Assembly (NCBI GenBank): GCA_965644295.1 | Contig: CBFFRP010000234.1 | Coordinates: forward strand, 62,001-126,000 | DNA length: 64,000 bases | Source: Paraphysomonas bandaiensis | Taxonomy: Eukaryota > Protista > Chrysophyceae | Reading direction: 5' to 3' | Shown: piece by piece, positions 36,887-48,382 of the stretch | Numbering within the stretch: position 1 is the first letter of the stretch | How the letters are laid out: each line of letters begins with the position of its first letter | Program-made: the position numbers and the translations under genes | The notes under the pieces: generated by a model | The model's input: only the letters and a program-made list of their open reading frames with translations | The model's database searches: none | What the model was told of the DNA's origin: nothing

Positions 36887-38968
36887 ATGGCAATGCTGTC
36901 CTTCACATATTCCACCCCACGAATTTAAACAACTTGAAGGCAGAGGTGAAGTCGATCGGTGTCCAATCAGCTCCCGGCAGTAGCGTGAAAGTGAGTGATG
37001 TCAGCAGTGCGATGCAGTGTTTGTAGTAATGGTGTATGATGCGTGAATAGGCATATATAAGCGATGAATATCTCAGTTTACGAGTAGCCTCATATGGCGG
37101 GTGGAATGGACCGTATATTGCACACTCTACGGTAAAAGTTATTGGTATTGGCTCTAGTCTGTAGCCACGTTAACTGATGTGATGTCAGTGAGAGCGGACT
37201 GCCGATAAAGCCGCATGTGATGCGTGATTGCATGAACTCGGGCTATGGCTACAACAGGAATGGTAACTGGGCGTTGTGCTGGTTTATCTGCCTATAACCC
37301 CCTTGCAGGAGGAGGGTATGATCCCGATGAAGTCTTTAAGTGTATGTTATACTGTGATCTGTGTGAGGTTGCAGCGGGAGTGCTGCCTGCTGATGTTAAG
37401 GTACTTATATGTCACATCACTCTTCATATCATAACAATCGCTTTTAAAATAGACTAAGCACAACATAAGACTGAAAGGACCCATTGTACTGCAGGTGTGA
37501 AGTGAATTTAACTGATCATACGCTATCATTCTGATGTATCTTGACTCTGCCAGGTCGAAGAGGTTATCAATATTAGTGCTAATAGAGAGAACAGGACTTC
37601 TGATGGACCTAATCGTATGCTGAAGCTATTACTCACTGATGGGTTACAACGGGTGGGGTATTTATTTTGACGTGCTTGCTTACCTAATATTTTTTATTGG
37701 TAGGTTGTCGCGCTGGAGTACCGATCAACAGCTTGTCTGTCTGCCTCCATGCCCCGAGGAACTAAGGTAATACTCTTTTGCTCACACTAGTTAAATTATG
37801 ATTATTTGGACAGCTTTGTGTGTCTGACGTGCTGGTGCGAAGAGGCGTTTTAATGCTGGACCCGTATAATGTGCTGCTGTTGGGGGGCGCGGTGCCTAAA
37901 GACAATTCTACAGTTGAGAATACCACGGCCGTCTCTAAACCGGACGGCACAGCACCGGAAAACATTAGTAACCGTGCAACAGGACAACCCTTCCAGCAGA
38001 CTGATTCTACTCTAGCACCCACGGTAATCATGTCACCCCGACATTCAGGTCCCACTTCATTTAATAATCCTGCAACCCACCCATTTGTATCCCATACATC
38101 ACACGACGCAATGGCATCACGAGCACCTGTTTATGGAAGCAGTGAAGTGGAAAGGCCCCGGCAGTCAGAAGGACACAAACCATTAAATGACATGGCAGCA
38201 AGAACGCCAATAACTTCTTCGGATGGGCTAGGAGAATCCCATTCAGCAGTAGACACTTCCATAAATACATTTAAAAGAGCAGCGCCAGTTCCCTCACCTG
38301 GTACGATGTTGACGGCACTATCGTCTACGATTCATACGTCGTCAAATACAGTGTCTGCTCGTCAATCTGTACACACAACGGAAAATGAAGTGACAGCTCT
38401 TTCGTCAGCAGGCCAGCCATTACCCAGGACGGCAAGAATGCGGCACTCAGAACAATATGATTTTGGTGATACTAATGCAGCCAATCTAGATTTATCTAGT
38501 GATGCCGTAACAACGACTGAATCAGCCAATGTTTCCGACTCTGCGCAGTACAGTTGTACGAAGAATGCTGAATCTAAATCTGCAAGCCACCGCGTCCGTG
38601 GTGACTGGGGGCAGGATAACAGTAGCTTTGATTATGGTTTCGATATCGATCATACGGAAGCATCAAGGAAACCCACTGAAGAGAATCGTATGCGTGTCAG
38701 AGACTTTTTTTCTGGAGGCCTGGTGGAATTGAGTGCTGATGAGCCTTCTCCATTTGTATCACCTCCATCCTCACCAATAGTGTATGATATTTCTGAATCT
38801 CAATCTCCTTCCAGTGCCATCCCTCCCTCATCCATCAATAAGACTCATGTTAGCACCGTCGTGGCAACTGGTGAGCCGTCAGTTTGCAAAGACAGCATAC
38901 ATGACGACGATCAGGACTCCCTCGTACCGACCCCTCCGGACTTGTCAGACTCAGATATGGAATTATAG
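36887..38968 (+). CDS. RMI1: RMI1 N-terminal OB-fold protein with low-complexity C-terminus
   Basis: Spliced exons give LKGPIVLQ|VEEVINISA...RMLKLLLTDG..|VVALEY...GTK|...VRRGVLML...LLGG. The first exons are less certain. Confidence 0.7.
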
Positions 38969-39216
38969 GAGTAGTTAATTTTCCACCGTAGGTTTTATAT
39001 TGCCTGTAAATAGGTAGCTCAGGTGTAGTATTTGTGTCTAGTGAACCATATGTGTAATTCTTAAGTATATATGTTCTGATTTTTGTCACACTGGAGATTT
39101 TATCGATACAATAATTTTAGTTACTTTCTGCAGTCCCCTGCAATCACAATGAGATCTTGACAACATGAAATATGGTGGTGGTATAGAGGAATACTTCTAT
39201 CCTGAGACTAGTAAAT

Positions 39217-39329
39217 CAGCGCCTGGTAAACAGTAAACATTAATTATTTTCAGTTTTAGTAATAGATATGCAGTATAATTGCGGATAACTGGGCACACAT
39301 AGTGGGCCATTAACGGTTTCCAAGCCCTG
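39217..39329. mobile_element. Diverged member of the hAT MITE family
   Basis: cagcgcctggtaa...ccattaacggtttccaagccctg; TSD degraded (5/8). Confidence 0.6.
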
Positions 39330-39376
39330 TAGCATTTATTACAGATATAGTACAATGAAATAGTATATAATTGTTC

Positions 39377-39600
39377 GGGGATCTATTATTCAACCTCTAG
39401 TCAATTTGGTGTAATTTCCTGGTCACACCAAAATTGGTGTAAAAGTCTAGTCAAGTAGTTGAAAACCTAGTCATTTAATAATTCATATTTTCTGTTTACA
39501 ATGACTAGGTTTAATCATTTATTACTTTGACTAAGTATATACACCAAAAATAGTGTGACTCGAAAATTACATCAATATGAGTAGGTTGAATAATATTTCC
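39377..39600. mobile_element. Mutator-like foldback MITE (224 bp)
   Basis: Imperfect long inverted repeat (tattattcaacct...gtcacac...ttggtgt versus its reverse complement). G-rich termini; 9-bp TSD taattgttc/taattgttt. Confidence 0.8.
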
Positions 39601-39805
39601 TAATTGTTTGTAGAAGGACTATAAATATAGTACTATGTGTTATACTCATGAAAATAATTTTGGTGCTATAATTTAGTTCATACAAATACTTTCATTGAAG
39701 CTGTGCGTTCAAAAGTTATTTTCTATTGTTTACAGGTTTTGTTGTTATTATATTGAAGATTGAAGTATCTACCTACTGTTATTAGTGGCCAGCTTAAAAA
39801 TATGA

Positions 39806-40606
39806 GTAGTGAATGTCTGATTATTTAGCAATAGGCGTTGAGACCTTGCATCAATTAGTGGCTAGAAGAATGCTAGTCATACTAGTTAGACCACTACCCG
39901 TAACTAATCAATACAAACTCTTTTATCCTACTATTTAACGCTACGAAAGCTGCTTGTGCGTCGCCGCAAGCACCAAGGTGCAACCACTTCCGTTCTTTTT
40001 GTGTGATATGAAATTCGCCTTTATCGTGTGTCCGTGGACTCACCGGCGCTTTTGATCTGGGGGTCTCCCTTTGGGATGGGTCTCCATTGGTTTTGGAGGG
40101 GGCTCAGCATTCTGAATTAGGGTCCTGAGTGCACCTAGTTCCAGATGTGTGGGTTGGGAGTGGTGGGGATTGTTGGGAGGAGGAGTTGGGTTTGTAGTAT
40201 GTGTTACTGTGCTCCTGTGGGGCCGCGGGTGTAGATAGAGTTGTCGAAGCCGTCGGCGTTGTGGAGGTCTGGGCAGTCCAGTGCTCTGTCGGGTAGGACC
40301 TGTGAGGTGTGCACGTGTGTCTGGAGTCGGATACGCTGTGGGGGGTCTTCGTTGGACCCCTAGTAGTCGAAGGACTCTCGGACGTTGTCTTGACTGACTG
40401 CGTTTCGGACGGGGTCTCGGGAGTAGCCTGGGCGGCCTTTTGGACATGGTGATATAGCGACAACCGCGATCCTGTAACATAAGCTTCGCTGCAGTGTAAA
40501 GCGGTTGCAGGAGATTAATAACCACTGTTTCTAGGTTCCGTAGACTGTGAGCCGTCAGGTGGTTGTGTATGTCATCTCCGAAGACCGTTTCCAGTTGGGC
40601 TGCTGT
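39806..40606 (-). mobile_element. 5'-truncated non-LTR retrotransposon (end of ORF plus 3' UTR)
   Basis: Flanked by a perfect 14-bp TSD gcttaaaaatatga (39792-39805 and 40607-40620). An open frame runs from the truncation point to ...HPKGRPPDQKRR* at 40040. The 3' UTR is shared with three other loci. Confidence 0.82.
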
Positions 40607-41080
40607 GCTTAAAAATATGAAATATGCATTACGCAGCCAGATATCTTCACAAAAATCAACTCTGTGGTCAATATCTTAAAAGCGAAATTTCCGGTCACCA
40701 AACATATCAGATATTCCGTCCTTTGTTTTGAGAAACCAAATCAATGAGTTGATGATCAGTTTCTTAAAAGCTTGCTGGCAACGTGTATTTAGGTGTCAAC
40801 ATTAACTTCGCACTCCATGTGTTTAATGGAAGCAAATTGATTCAATATACATTGCCCGATTAAGCCATAATTTCTTGTGACATGAAATTTAGGTTCTGCT
40901 CGTAGTTTAGCTCTTTCATTTAGTTAACTTCTAGTTTAACAGAAAATCAAGATGAAGAAGGGAGATTTCAAGCGACTTCAAGAATTATGCAAACTATGGA
41001 ATTCTGTAGCGTATATTATTTACATATTTTCAACATATAGGACAGTAAAACAGGCTCCAAGATGTGTAAAACATTACTTT

Positions 41081-42768
41081 CTAATTTTCAAACCTCTGTT
41101 GAAACAACTGGTATAGGTCCTCCAGTTTATCAAGAGTCACATCTTGCGCTTTCTTTATCTGTTTCAACTCTTCCTCCAATGCCTCTATATGTGCATGCAT
41201 CTGGGTGTATGACAGTTGACTTTCTTGTATCGGACAAGTGGCAGGACTAGGAGCTGGAGAAACGTGTTCTTTCCGCCTATCTATGGCTTTTTCGATCAAT
41301 CGGTTCTCCGCCTCCGATGGTGCATTTGATCTTAGTCGAGACAATGCACTGACCTATAGAAGTCCCCATTAATAGGAATACATTGTGGAATAGCATTCTT
41401 ACATTACTTTTCTGACTTCCCCATTCCATATCAAAGATCCTGTTAAGCGTGGACGAAAAGTTCTTGAAAGTATTGTCGCGATAATCGTCGTACCACACAC
41501 TTATGCGTTGTTGCAGATCATCCAATGAACTGTACAGAGAGTTGTTACAGAAATACTAATATACGCAGTACCAACGCACGCTGCATCAACACTCATTGCA
41601 AAATCGATTGCATCAGTCCAGTTGTCGAAAATGGGACCGGGGTACCCCACCCACACTACATCAAAAATAACTACGTTTATGAGGAAAACATTGCACGAAC
41701 TCACTGTTGAGAAAATCCGAGTGAGAAGGAGGACGAACTATCAGAGGTATCGAACCCATTTCCATAGCCTGCATTGTACAAATCTGATCAACCTAATCAC
41801 CAAGAAAATAGATATCACACCTCGTAGTGCCGAAACGTTTCAGGGCTATTTCCAGCTGGACAAGGGGTAAACACGGTTTCAGAAAGCTTCTCTATATACT
41901 GTTCGAATGTATAACTGTGACCATCTCTGCCGTCAAGATCGTACACAGCTTGACATGCTTTATCTCCGAGAGCTATATGAGATTCGGAAGTTATTATTCG
42001 CAAAAATTCGTCTCGCTCATAATTGAACACAGACGGTCCACCATTATCCTCTGCATACTGAATGCGCCCCGCAAAAACGCACCACCTAGGCCGTTGAGAT
42101 GACGGTATCATTGAATGGGCGGCATTATATAAACGTAATTCCCGAGGACGCAGAGAGAGGAGCGGAACGTACTGGGAAACAGATGCAAACGGTTCGAAGT
42201 AGTAGTTACGGAACACATGCTGATAATTACTATACACAGAGGGGAGGTGAGATGCATGGCATGTGTTTCCATCAGTGCGAAGGCCGAATGATCTGTTAAG
42301 GTTCCACGGCTGCTCGTGGTTCATGTGGAAAATTGTAGCTCTAGTGTGGCCCAGATAGTACCTTGCTGCACTTAAAAGGCATATATCGTACAACAGAACC
42401 TGATCTTGAATTAACACAAACAAAGTCTTCCTGGGTACATGTTTCAATGCATCTCTAAAGAGATCATGACGACGAGGAATCCCACTGAGTATAACATGCA
42501 CACTCTGCGTGTCTCTGGTGAGTTCTAGCATGTATTCTAAGTATATCTTGAAATACGGATCCAGCTCATGATCGAATGTTGTCCATAGAATAACGATCTT
42601 ATTCATAAGATCAGCCGCTTCAAACACTTCTTGTGCGTACTCAGCAGACTCTGCGATGAAATAGAGTTCAGTTGGATCAAATTTCATTCGAAAGTTATCA
42701 AACATAGTGGAGGAGTAGCTCACAGGGGCTAGAGATGCGAGAAGAACTACAAGCAGGTGGGGTGTCAT
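41081..42768 (-). CDS. Exostosin/GT47-like (RXYLT1-like) glycosyltransferase with signal peptide or anchor
   Basis: Hydrophobic N-terminus. Spliced FTPCPAGNSPETFRHYE|AMEMGSIP matches the GT47 C-terminal motif. Coiled-coil last exon. Confidence 0.75.
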
Positions 42769-43182
42769 GCTCTATGGTTAATAGAGGGGGTTATGGTGAT
42801 GTTATGTGTGGATGCCGCCTGGTGATGGAAGAAGCAAGTATCGCTCACGCAAGATATATACTGAGGCTGTATACACCAGTACACAGTGTGTCGTCCAGTA
42901 CTGAACTGTACACCAGCACACACCGCATTGTACTTATGTACCTATCATATTTGTATGCAGCCGTACATGTTACACAGATCACAGATCGAGTACAGTGGAT
43001 GTCCATTGAAGGTGTATACATACCTATACAACAGTAGCGTAGTGCTCTGCATGTACATGGACACCATTAACACGCACTCTCTCTCTATACATACATACAT
43101 ACTGCACATATATATCACCCTCTATCCTCCCCCTCCCCCTATCACTATCACCCTCTATCCTCCTCATGCCATACCCCTCCCT

Positions 43183-45798
43183 ATGAGCGGCACACATAAA
43201 CTAGAGAAGTACTTGTTGAGGCAGCTGATGGCTGGTCTCGAGTCATGGCCATCATCATCAGACATATGCAGGACCCGCCTAGCCCATCAGCTGATACAGG
43301 AGATACGAGATGATATTACATCCACACAGGTGCATCATAAGGAGTTCAACTCTCTCTTGAGGGTGAAGGGTGAAGAAGTGGTGGGGATTGTAAGGCGCAC
43401 ACCGCGTGATGTGAACGAGCTGCTGCTTCAGTCTGATAGAGTTCGCTTACTGATAGATGAGAATAATAAAAGACTGCAGCTGGGACAATCGACTTATTTA
43501 GACATTGTCTCTCACCACACGAACCTGTCTTCTTCAGGCTGGGAGCAGGGAATAAAGAACGACGAGGCACTGCGTCGCTACGGTAGAAGCGCAGAAGAAA
43601 TGGGAAGTCGTAGCTGGGTAGTTGAGGCTAACCAGTGGATGTGGCGTACTGTGAACTCGTTTTTTAATGGCCGCGGCGCCGTGAAGGAGTATATTAAGGA
43701 TGTTGCAAGTATGACTGGTGAATATGTATACGTTGAGCGCCCTCTATCAACAAGAATCAGTCCGGTGAGAGTATTGGATGTGGGCAGCTGCTATAACCCT
43801 TTGGGTGAGATGCAGCACCAGAATGAGTCATCAGGACTGAAGATTGAGGTCACTGCGCTTGATCTTCACCCCAGACATCCTTCTGTACACAGATGTGACT
43901 TCTTTTCATTGTCTGATGGGCCGCCGTTATCACCTCCTGTGTTTGAACACTCAGTATCCAGTTCGAACAGTAATAGCGTCCTTGTCCGCCTACCTTTGCG
44001 CTCTTATGATGCAGTATGTATGTCACTTGTGCTCTCCTATCTCCCCTCTGCAGAAATGCGGCGACGGATGATTGCCCGGGCTAGGGAATTTCTCGTTCAA
44101 CCAGATGCCCCAGATCTATCCGCTCCCTCTATAGTTACAGAAGACAGACTGCGCTACGGACTTTTACTGGTAGTTGAGCCTTTCTCCACTCTCCGATGTT
44201 ATGATTGGCTAGGCGATGCACCAATCGCAGACAATGATGGTGTCTTTTCGTCACGCACACCGCATGGAGTGGAGAGAACCCGTTGGCGTCGTGTAATTGA
44301 GAGCCAGGGATATAGATTTGTCAAGTCGGAGGTATTACACTGTAGTACCGGGAAGAAAAAGGCTATAGGAATGGTATATCGTGCATGTTCTATTGGTGCG
44401 CAGTCACGCCACTACTCTACTGCGGCTACTCCAGCACCAGTTGGCATTGTTGGGTGCGGACTGGGTGGGGCTGCTCTGGCCTGCATATTACAACACCGTG
44501 GCATCCCATTTTACGTATTCGAAGCTGACGAATCCCTTTCCTCTCGTCGTCAGGGTTATGCACTCACTGTCCAGCAGGGATTAACTGCGCTTCGTACAAT
44601 GGGTGTTCGGTTGCCAGGGGAGGTTGGTTCTGGGCCAGTTCTTCATGGCTGCACAACCACTCATTCACACATATCTCTCACATCCACGGGGCGGGTACTA
44701 GGCGCATTCGGCCCCCCTAGTGTAGTAACCGCTGTTTCTCCAGACTACTTCGGTGAATGTAACGATTTTCTTCTTGCAGCAGAGGCTTTAAATGACATAT
44801 CTCCTGCTATTAAGACCGGAAGAGGAAGGCAAAACATTCATATTCCTCGACAGTCTCTGAGGGGCGCTCTGATGGAGGCTTTCGATCCGTCGTCTATACG
44901 CTGGGGTCACCGTTTTGCAACGGTAAATCGCATTCATGCTGGTGGTTTGGTTGCTCGTTTTGAGAATGGGGAATCATACGAGCTAAGCGCACTTATCGGT
45001 GCAGATGGAGTGTACAGTCGCATCAGACAACTATTATTGGACCAAAGAAATGAGGAAAATAGCGTAACCCCATCGAATCGTAGTGTCGGTCTAAATTTTC
45101 TCGGGTTGATAGTCATCCTTGGTATTTCTCCACAGGAAGACTTGTGTCATGGACTTTTACAGGAGCCGCTACTTGCCTCTCGGCGGAAGGTGCAGTGGGT
45201 CGATGGTGTCACGCGAGTATTCTCCATGCCCTTCGACGAGAGAAACACCCTTTGGCAGCTTTCGTTTCCTATGACGGAAAAGGAGATTCTTTCTGTGAAA
45301 TCGAGAGATATGAAATCGTTAGCATTCGATCGATGCAAAAACTGGCATACGCCCTTAGTGCGAATGATAGAAAACACAGATGAAAATTTGGTTACAGGCC
45401 ACCCAGTGTATGACAGTGACCCCCATGATCTTGCCGATATGCGACGAAACGATATGCTGGTCGGTGGTTCATCGACACCTATCACTCTGCTTGGAGATAG
45501 TTGGCACCCTATGAGTCCATTTAAAGCGCAGGGAGCAAACCAGGCACTTTTGGATGCACAATGGCTAGGTGACAACATGTCATTGTGGTTTCGGTGCCGA
45601 CATCAACCGGACGTTACAGTTGCAAGTTATTTTCAAACATACGAGGCTGAAGCACACCCAAGAGCTGTAAAAAAAGTATTGAAGAGTCGATCTGCAGCTA
45701 TATATCTCCACTCTCCTGCTGCTCTTACTCCAGGAAATATCACCCGAGCTTTCGCTGCAGAGCGCTTTATTCCTACTCAAGAACGAAATGTAAAATAG
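43183..45798 (+). CDS. Fusion of SAMTOR/BMT2-like SAM-binding domain and FAD-dependent monooxygenase
   Basis: One uninterrupted frame, likely ATG 43183 (871 aa). SAMTOR-like motifs VLDVGSCYNP, HRCDF and SLVLSYLP are followed by IVGCGLGG, RRQGYALT, LIGADG and LLGDSWHPMSPFKAQGANQALLDA. Confidence 0.85.
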   Translation: MSGTHKLEKYLLRQLMAGLESWPSSSDICRTRLAHQLIQEIRDDITSTQVHHKEFNSLLRVKGEEVVGIVRRTPRDVNELLLQSDRVRLLIDENNKRLQLGQSTYLDIVSHHTNLSSSGWEQGIKNDEALRRYGRSAEEMGSRSWVVEANQWMWRTVNSFFNGRGAVKEYIKDVASMTGEYVYVERPLSTRISPVRVLDVGSCYNPLGEMQHQNESSGLKIEVTALDLHPRHPSVHRCDFFSLSDGPPLSPPVFEHSVSSSNSNSVLVRLPLRSYDAVCMSLVLSYLPSAEMRRRMIARAREFLVQPDAPDLSAPSIVTEDRLRYGLLLVVEPFSTLRCYDWLGDAPIADNDGVFSSRTPHGVERTRWRRVIESQGYRFVKSEVLHCSTGKKKAIGMVYRACSIGAQSRHYSTAATPAPVGIVGCGLGGAALACILQHRGIPFYVFEADESLSSRRQGYALTVQQGLTALRTMGVRLPGEVGSGPVLHGCTTTHSHISLTSTGRVLGAFGPPSVVTAVSPDYFGECNDFLLAAEALNDISPAIKTGRGRQNIHIPRQSLRGALMEAFDPSSIRWGHRFATVNRIHAGGLVARFENGESYELSALIGADGVYSRIRQLLLDQRNEENSVTPSNRSVGLNFLGLIVILGISPQEDLCHGLLQEPLLASRRKVQWVDGVTRVFSMPFDERNTLWQLSFPMTEKEILSVKSRDMKSLAFDRCKNWHTPLVRMIENTDENLVTGHPVYDSDPHDLADMRRNDMLVGGSSTPITLLGDSWHPMSPFKAQGANQALLDAQWLGDNMSLWFRCRHQPDVTVASYFQTYEAEAHPRAVKKVLKSRSAAIYLHSPAALTPGNITRAFAAERFIPTQERNVK

Positions 45799-46151
45799 AA
45801 TATTGGACAATAGAAGTGTTACTGTGCTTGTGTGATTATGTATTGCTGAACACACATCGTTTATATTTTTTCATATTTATTGTGACTTTACTGTGGTGTG
45901 TTTTTGTAGCAATGGATAAACTATTATTTCCTTCAGCTTTATCATCTGTGTTTGGCATTTGTAGAGTAGACAAACATCTATAAAGACAAAAGTAATCGCT
46001 GTCATTCCGACATCCCCAATACAGGATACACCAAAGTATAATTGTTAATTAGGGTAGTCAAAACAACGCCACTCTTCATCTCTGCATGCCAGTTGGGGAG
46101 TACTGTAGCGACGAAAACTGGCAAGAAGAGCATGCTCAATGCTGAACCAAT

Positions 46152-47652
46152 TCAATCTTCACCACCACCAGTTCCAGGAAGGACACCAGGTAGTCGCAAA
46201 AACTCCTACAACGAAGGAAAGTAAATATCATATCAAATTACTTTCTGTCTTTTAAATACCTCAAAAGATAGTGTCCCTGAACCATCTTCATCATATTTTC
46301 GCATCAACTTTTTCAATCGACGTTTCCTCATGAATGTTCCATTAAGCAGTAGCGCACGATTTAGCTCACTGAGAAAACGAATTATAGGATTCATACATAT
46401 ATTCGCAAATAGTACCGTATGTTAAGGGAGCCACTTTGATCCTTGTCAAAGTAATCGAATACTCTTCTTGCTTCCGCAACAGGATCAAACATTTGTTCAA
46501 CGTCACCACTTTCTACAGCTCCGGCTTCTTCAACTTCTTCCTCTTCTACCTCAATTTCAACATCTGTATCCTCGTCCTCTCCCCTGTATTCGTACATAAA
46601 ACAAAAAAACAGCTTATATTCATTCCACCTTTCAAACAAAGCAGTAGAATCATCCTCATCCTCTGGAGTGAAGTCTGTATCGGTCAAACCATAAATCGCG
46701 TATTGGCCAAGGAAATTAAACTCCTCATTGGCGGCGTAATCGTATGGAATATAGCAGTAACCACGGTCAGCCCAGCTGTCGCCCCAGCTGTTTCGGACTA
46801 TGAACCTGTAGCTCCACAATTAATACTTACACACGCTCTAACACGCGGAAAGATTGTATATTTTGAATATATATGCACCAGGAGTTACCTTTGCTCAGCA
46901 TCAGAATATCCTACGATAAGCATCGCATGCAAACCGTGCTCTGCTGACTGTGGATCAGATGGATCAGGGGTATCAATACGCCCACTGGGACCGGGATTAA
47001 AAAACTTTTTTGTAAGCTTTAGACCAAAGATTATTGGGAAGCCTTCAGCCAGACAAGCCTTCATGGCCTCGACGGTTGCGGGTATCTCTTTCGCCTCGGA
47101 TATCTTATACCGCATGGCCTGCTCTGTGCGTGCAGTGAGGTTTTGCTGTAAAATATAAGATGTATTACCAAATGCATCCGGTGGGGGGGGGGTGTTTATT
47201 TGGCTGAGGTCGAAAGGCCATGCATCGTCAAGACAAGCTCCTTTCATTGAGAGCGCATCGATCGCTCCCGTCAGTGTCATACCTTCATCACTGAGGGGGT
47301 CCGTATCTCGCCACAACTGTTTGTCTCGTAATCTACCAACATAGTAGACGAATAAACGCGATATATCTCCAGGAGTGTCGCCGCTCATGGCAGCTTCTCG
47401 CCAACAGAGGTATTCATAGGCCCCAACTGCAGCATTAGCACAGCAGGAATTGGACTGAGACTGATCCTCAACTGGACTGCAATACTTTCTGAGGTCTACT
47501 CGTGAGGGGGGTTCACGAGAGGGAGAGAACACACCAGTCTTTATGGGTGGAGGAGCTCTCTCGGGCTTCATTCCATGACTCGCTATGCGCTTACCATGCT
47601 TGTTTTTTATTATTCTCTTCACTCGCTTTCTAGCTCTTCTGAGATAGTCCAT
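46152..47652 (-). CDS. Papain-family (C1A, xylellain-like) cysteine protease with two C-terminal EF-hands
   Basis: VDLR, DQSQSNSCCANA (catalytic Cys), GLHAMLIVGY (His), RNSWG (Asn), an acidic linker, then DKDQSGSLNIRE and DEDGSGTLSFEE loops after splicing. Confidence 0.88.
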
Positions 47653-47790
47653 AGCAGCTCGATGATAAGTACTGCACACCAGTCTATGCAGCAAATAGTC
47701 TGTATGGAATTATGTACAGCTGCTTGTGACAGACCCAACTGCAAGTTTGCTTTGCAGCTGGATCTTTTTGTAGGATGCATGCGGTGTACG

Positions 47791-48030
47791 TATGTATGTA
47801 TGTATGTATGTATGTATGTATGTATGTATGTATGTATGTATGTATGTATGTATGTATGTATGTATGTATGTATGTATGTATGTATGTATGTATGTATGTA
47901 TGTATGTATGTATGTATGTATGTATGTATGTATGTATGTATGTATGTATGTATGTATGTATGTATGTATGTATGTATGTATGTATGTATGTATGTATGTA
48001 TGTATGTATGTATGTATGTATGTATGTATG
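47791..48030. repeat. (TATG)60 microsatellite
   Basis: 240 bp of perfect TATG units, degenerate out to ~48055. Confidence 0.98.
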
Positions 48031-48382
48031 TCTGTATGTATGTTTGTACGTATGTAGGTATCTGTGTACAGCAGTACAGCAGTACATATGCTGCTGCATG
48101 TACATCACATAACGGTAATAATACATCAGAGTACATAGAGATACAGCTGTAATGGCATGGTTTGATTTCAAGTTTAGCAGGCAGCAGTGCAGTGCACGTC
48201 TATCTGTTGAAATATTCATTCCTCCACAAGATGTTACTTTAACACCACTTCAAGTGTTATTGTAGCTGTCTGTAGGCACCTCACTGTACACTGTCAGAGT
48301 GATATATAGTTATCTGATTATAGTTATTTAATACTGTTGTTGTCCTCGTGAGACATCGTTCAGTTAATCATACTAGCAGTCA

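Noticed and set aside
42886-43182. N-terminal 99 aa of the 970-aa ORF
   Set aside because: GTG start in low-complexity promoter-like sequence; the ATG at 43183 is more plausible.
47575-48219. ORFs with CMYV/HTYI repeats
   Set aside because: These are translations of the (TATG)n microsatellite, not genes.
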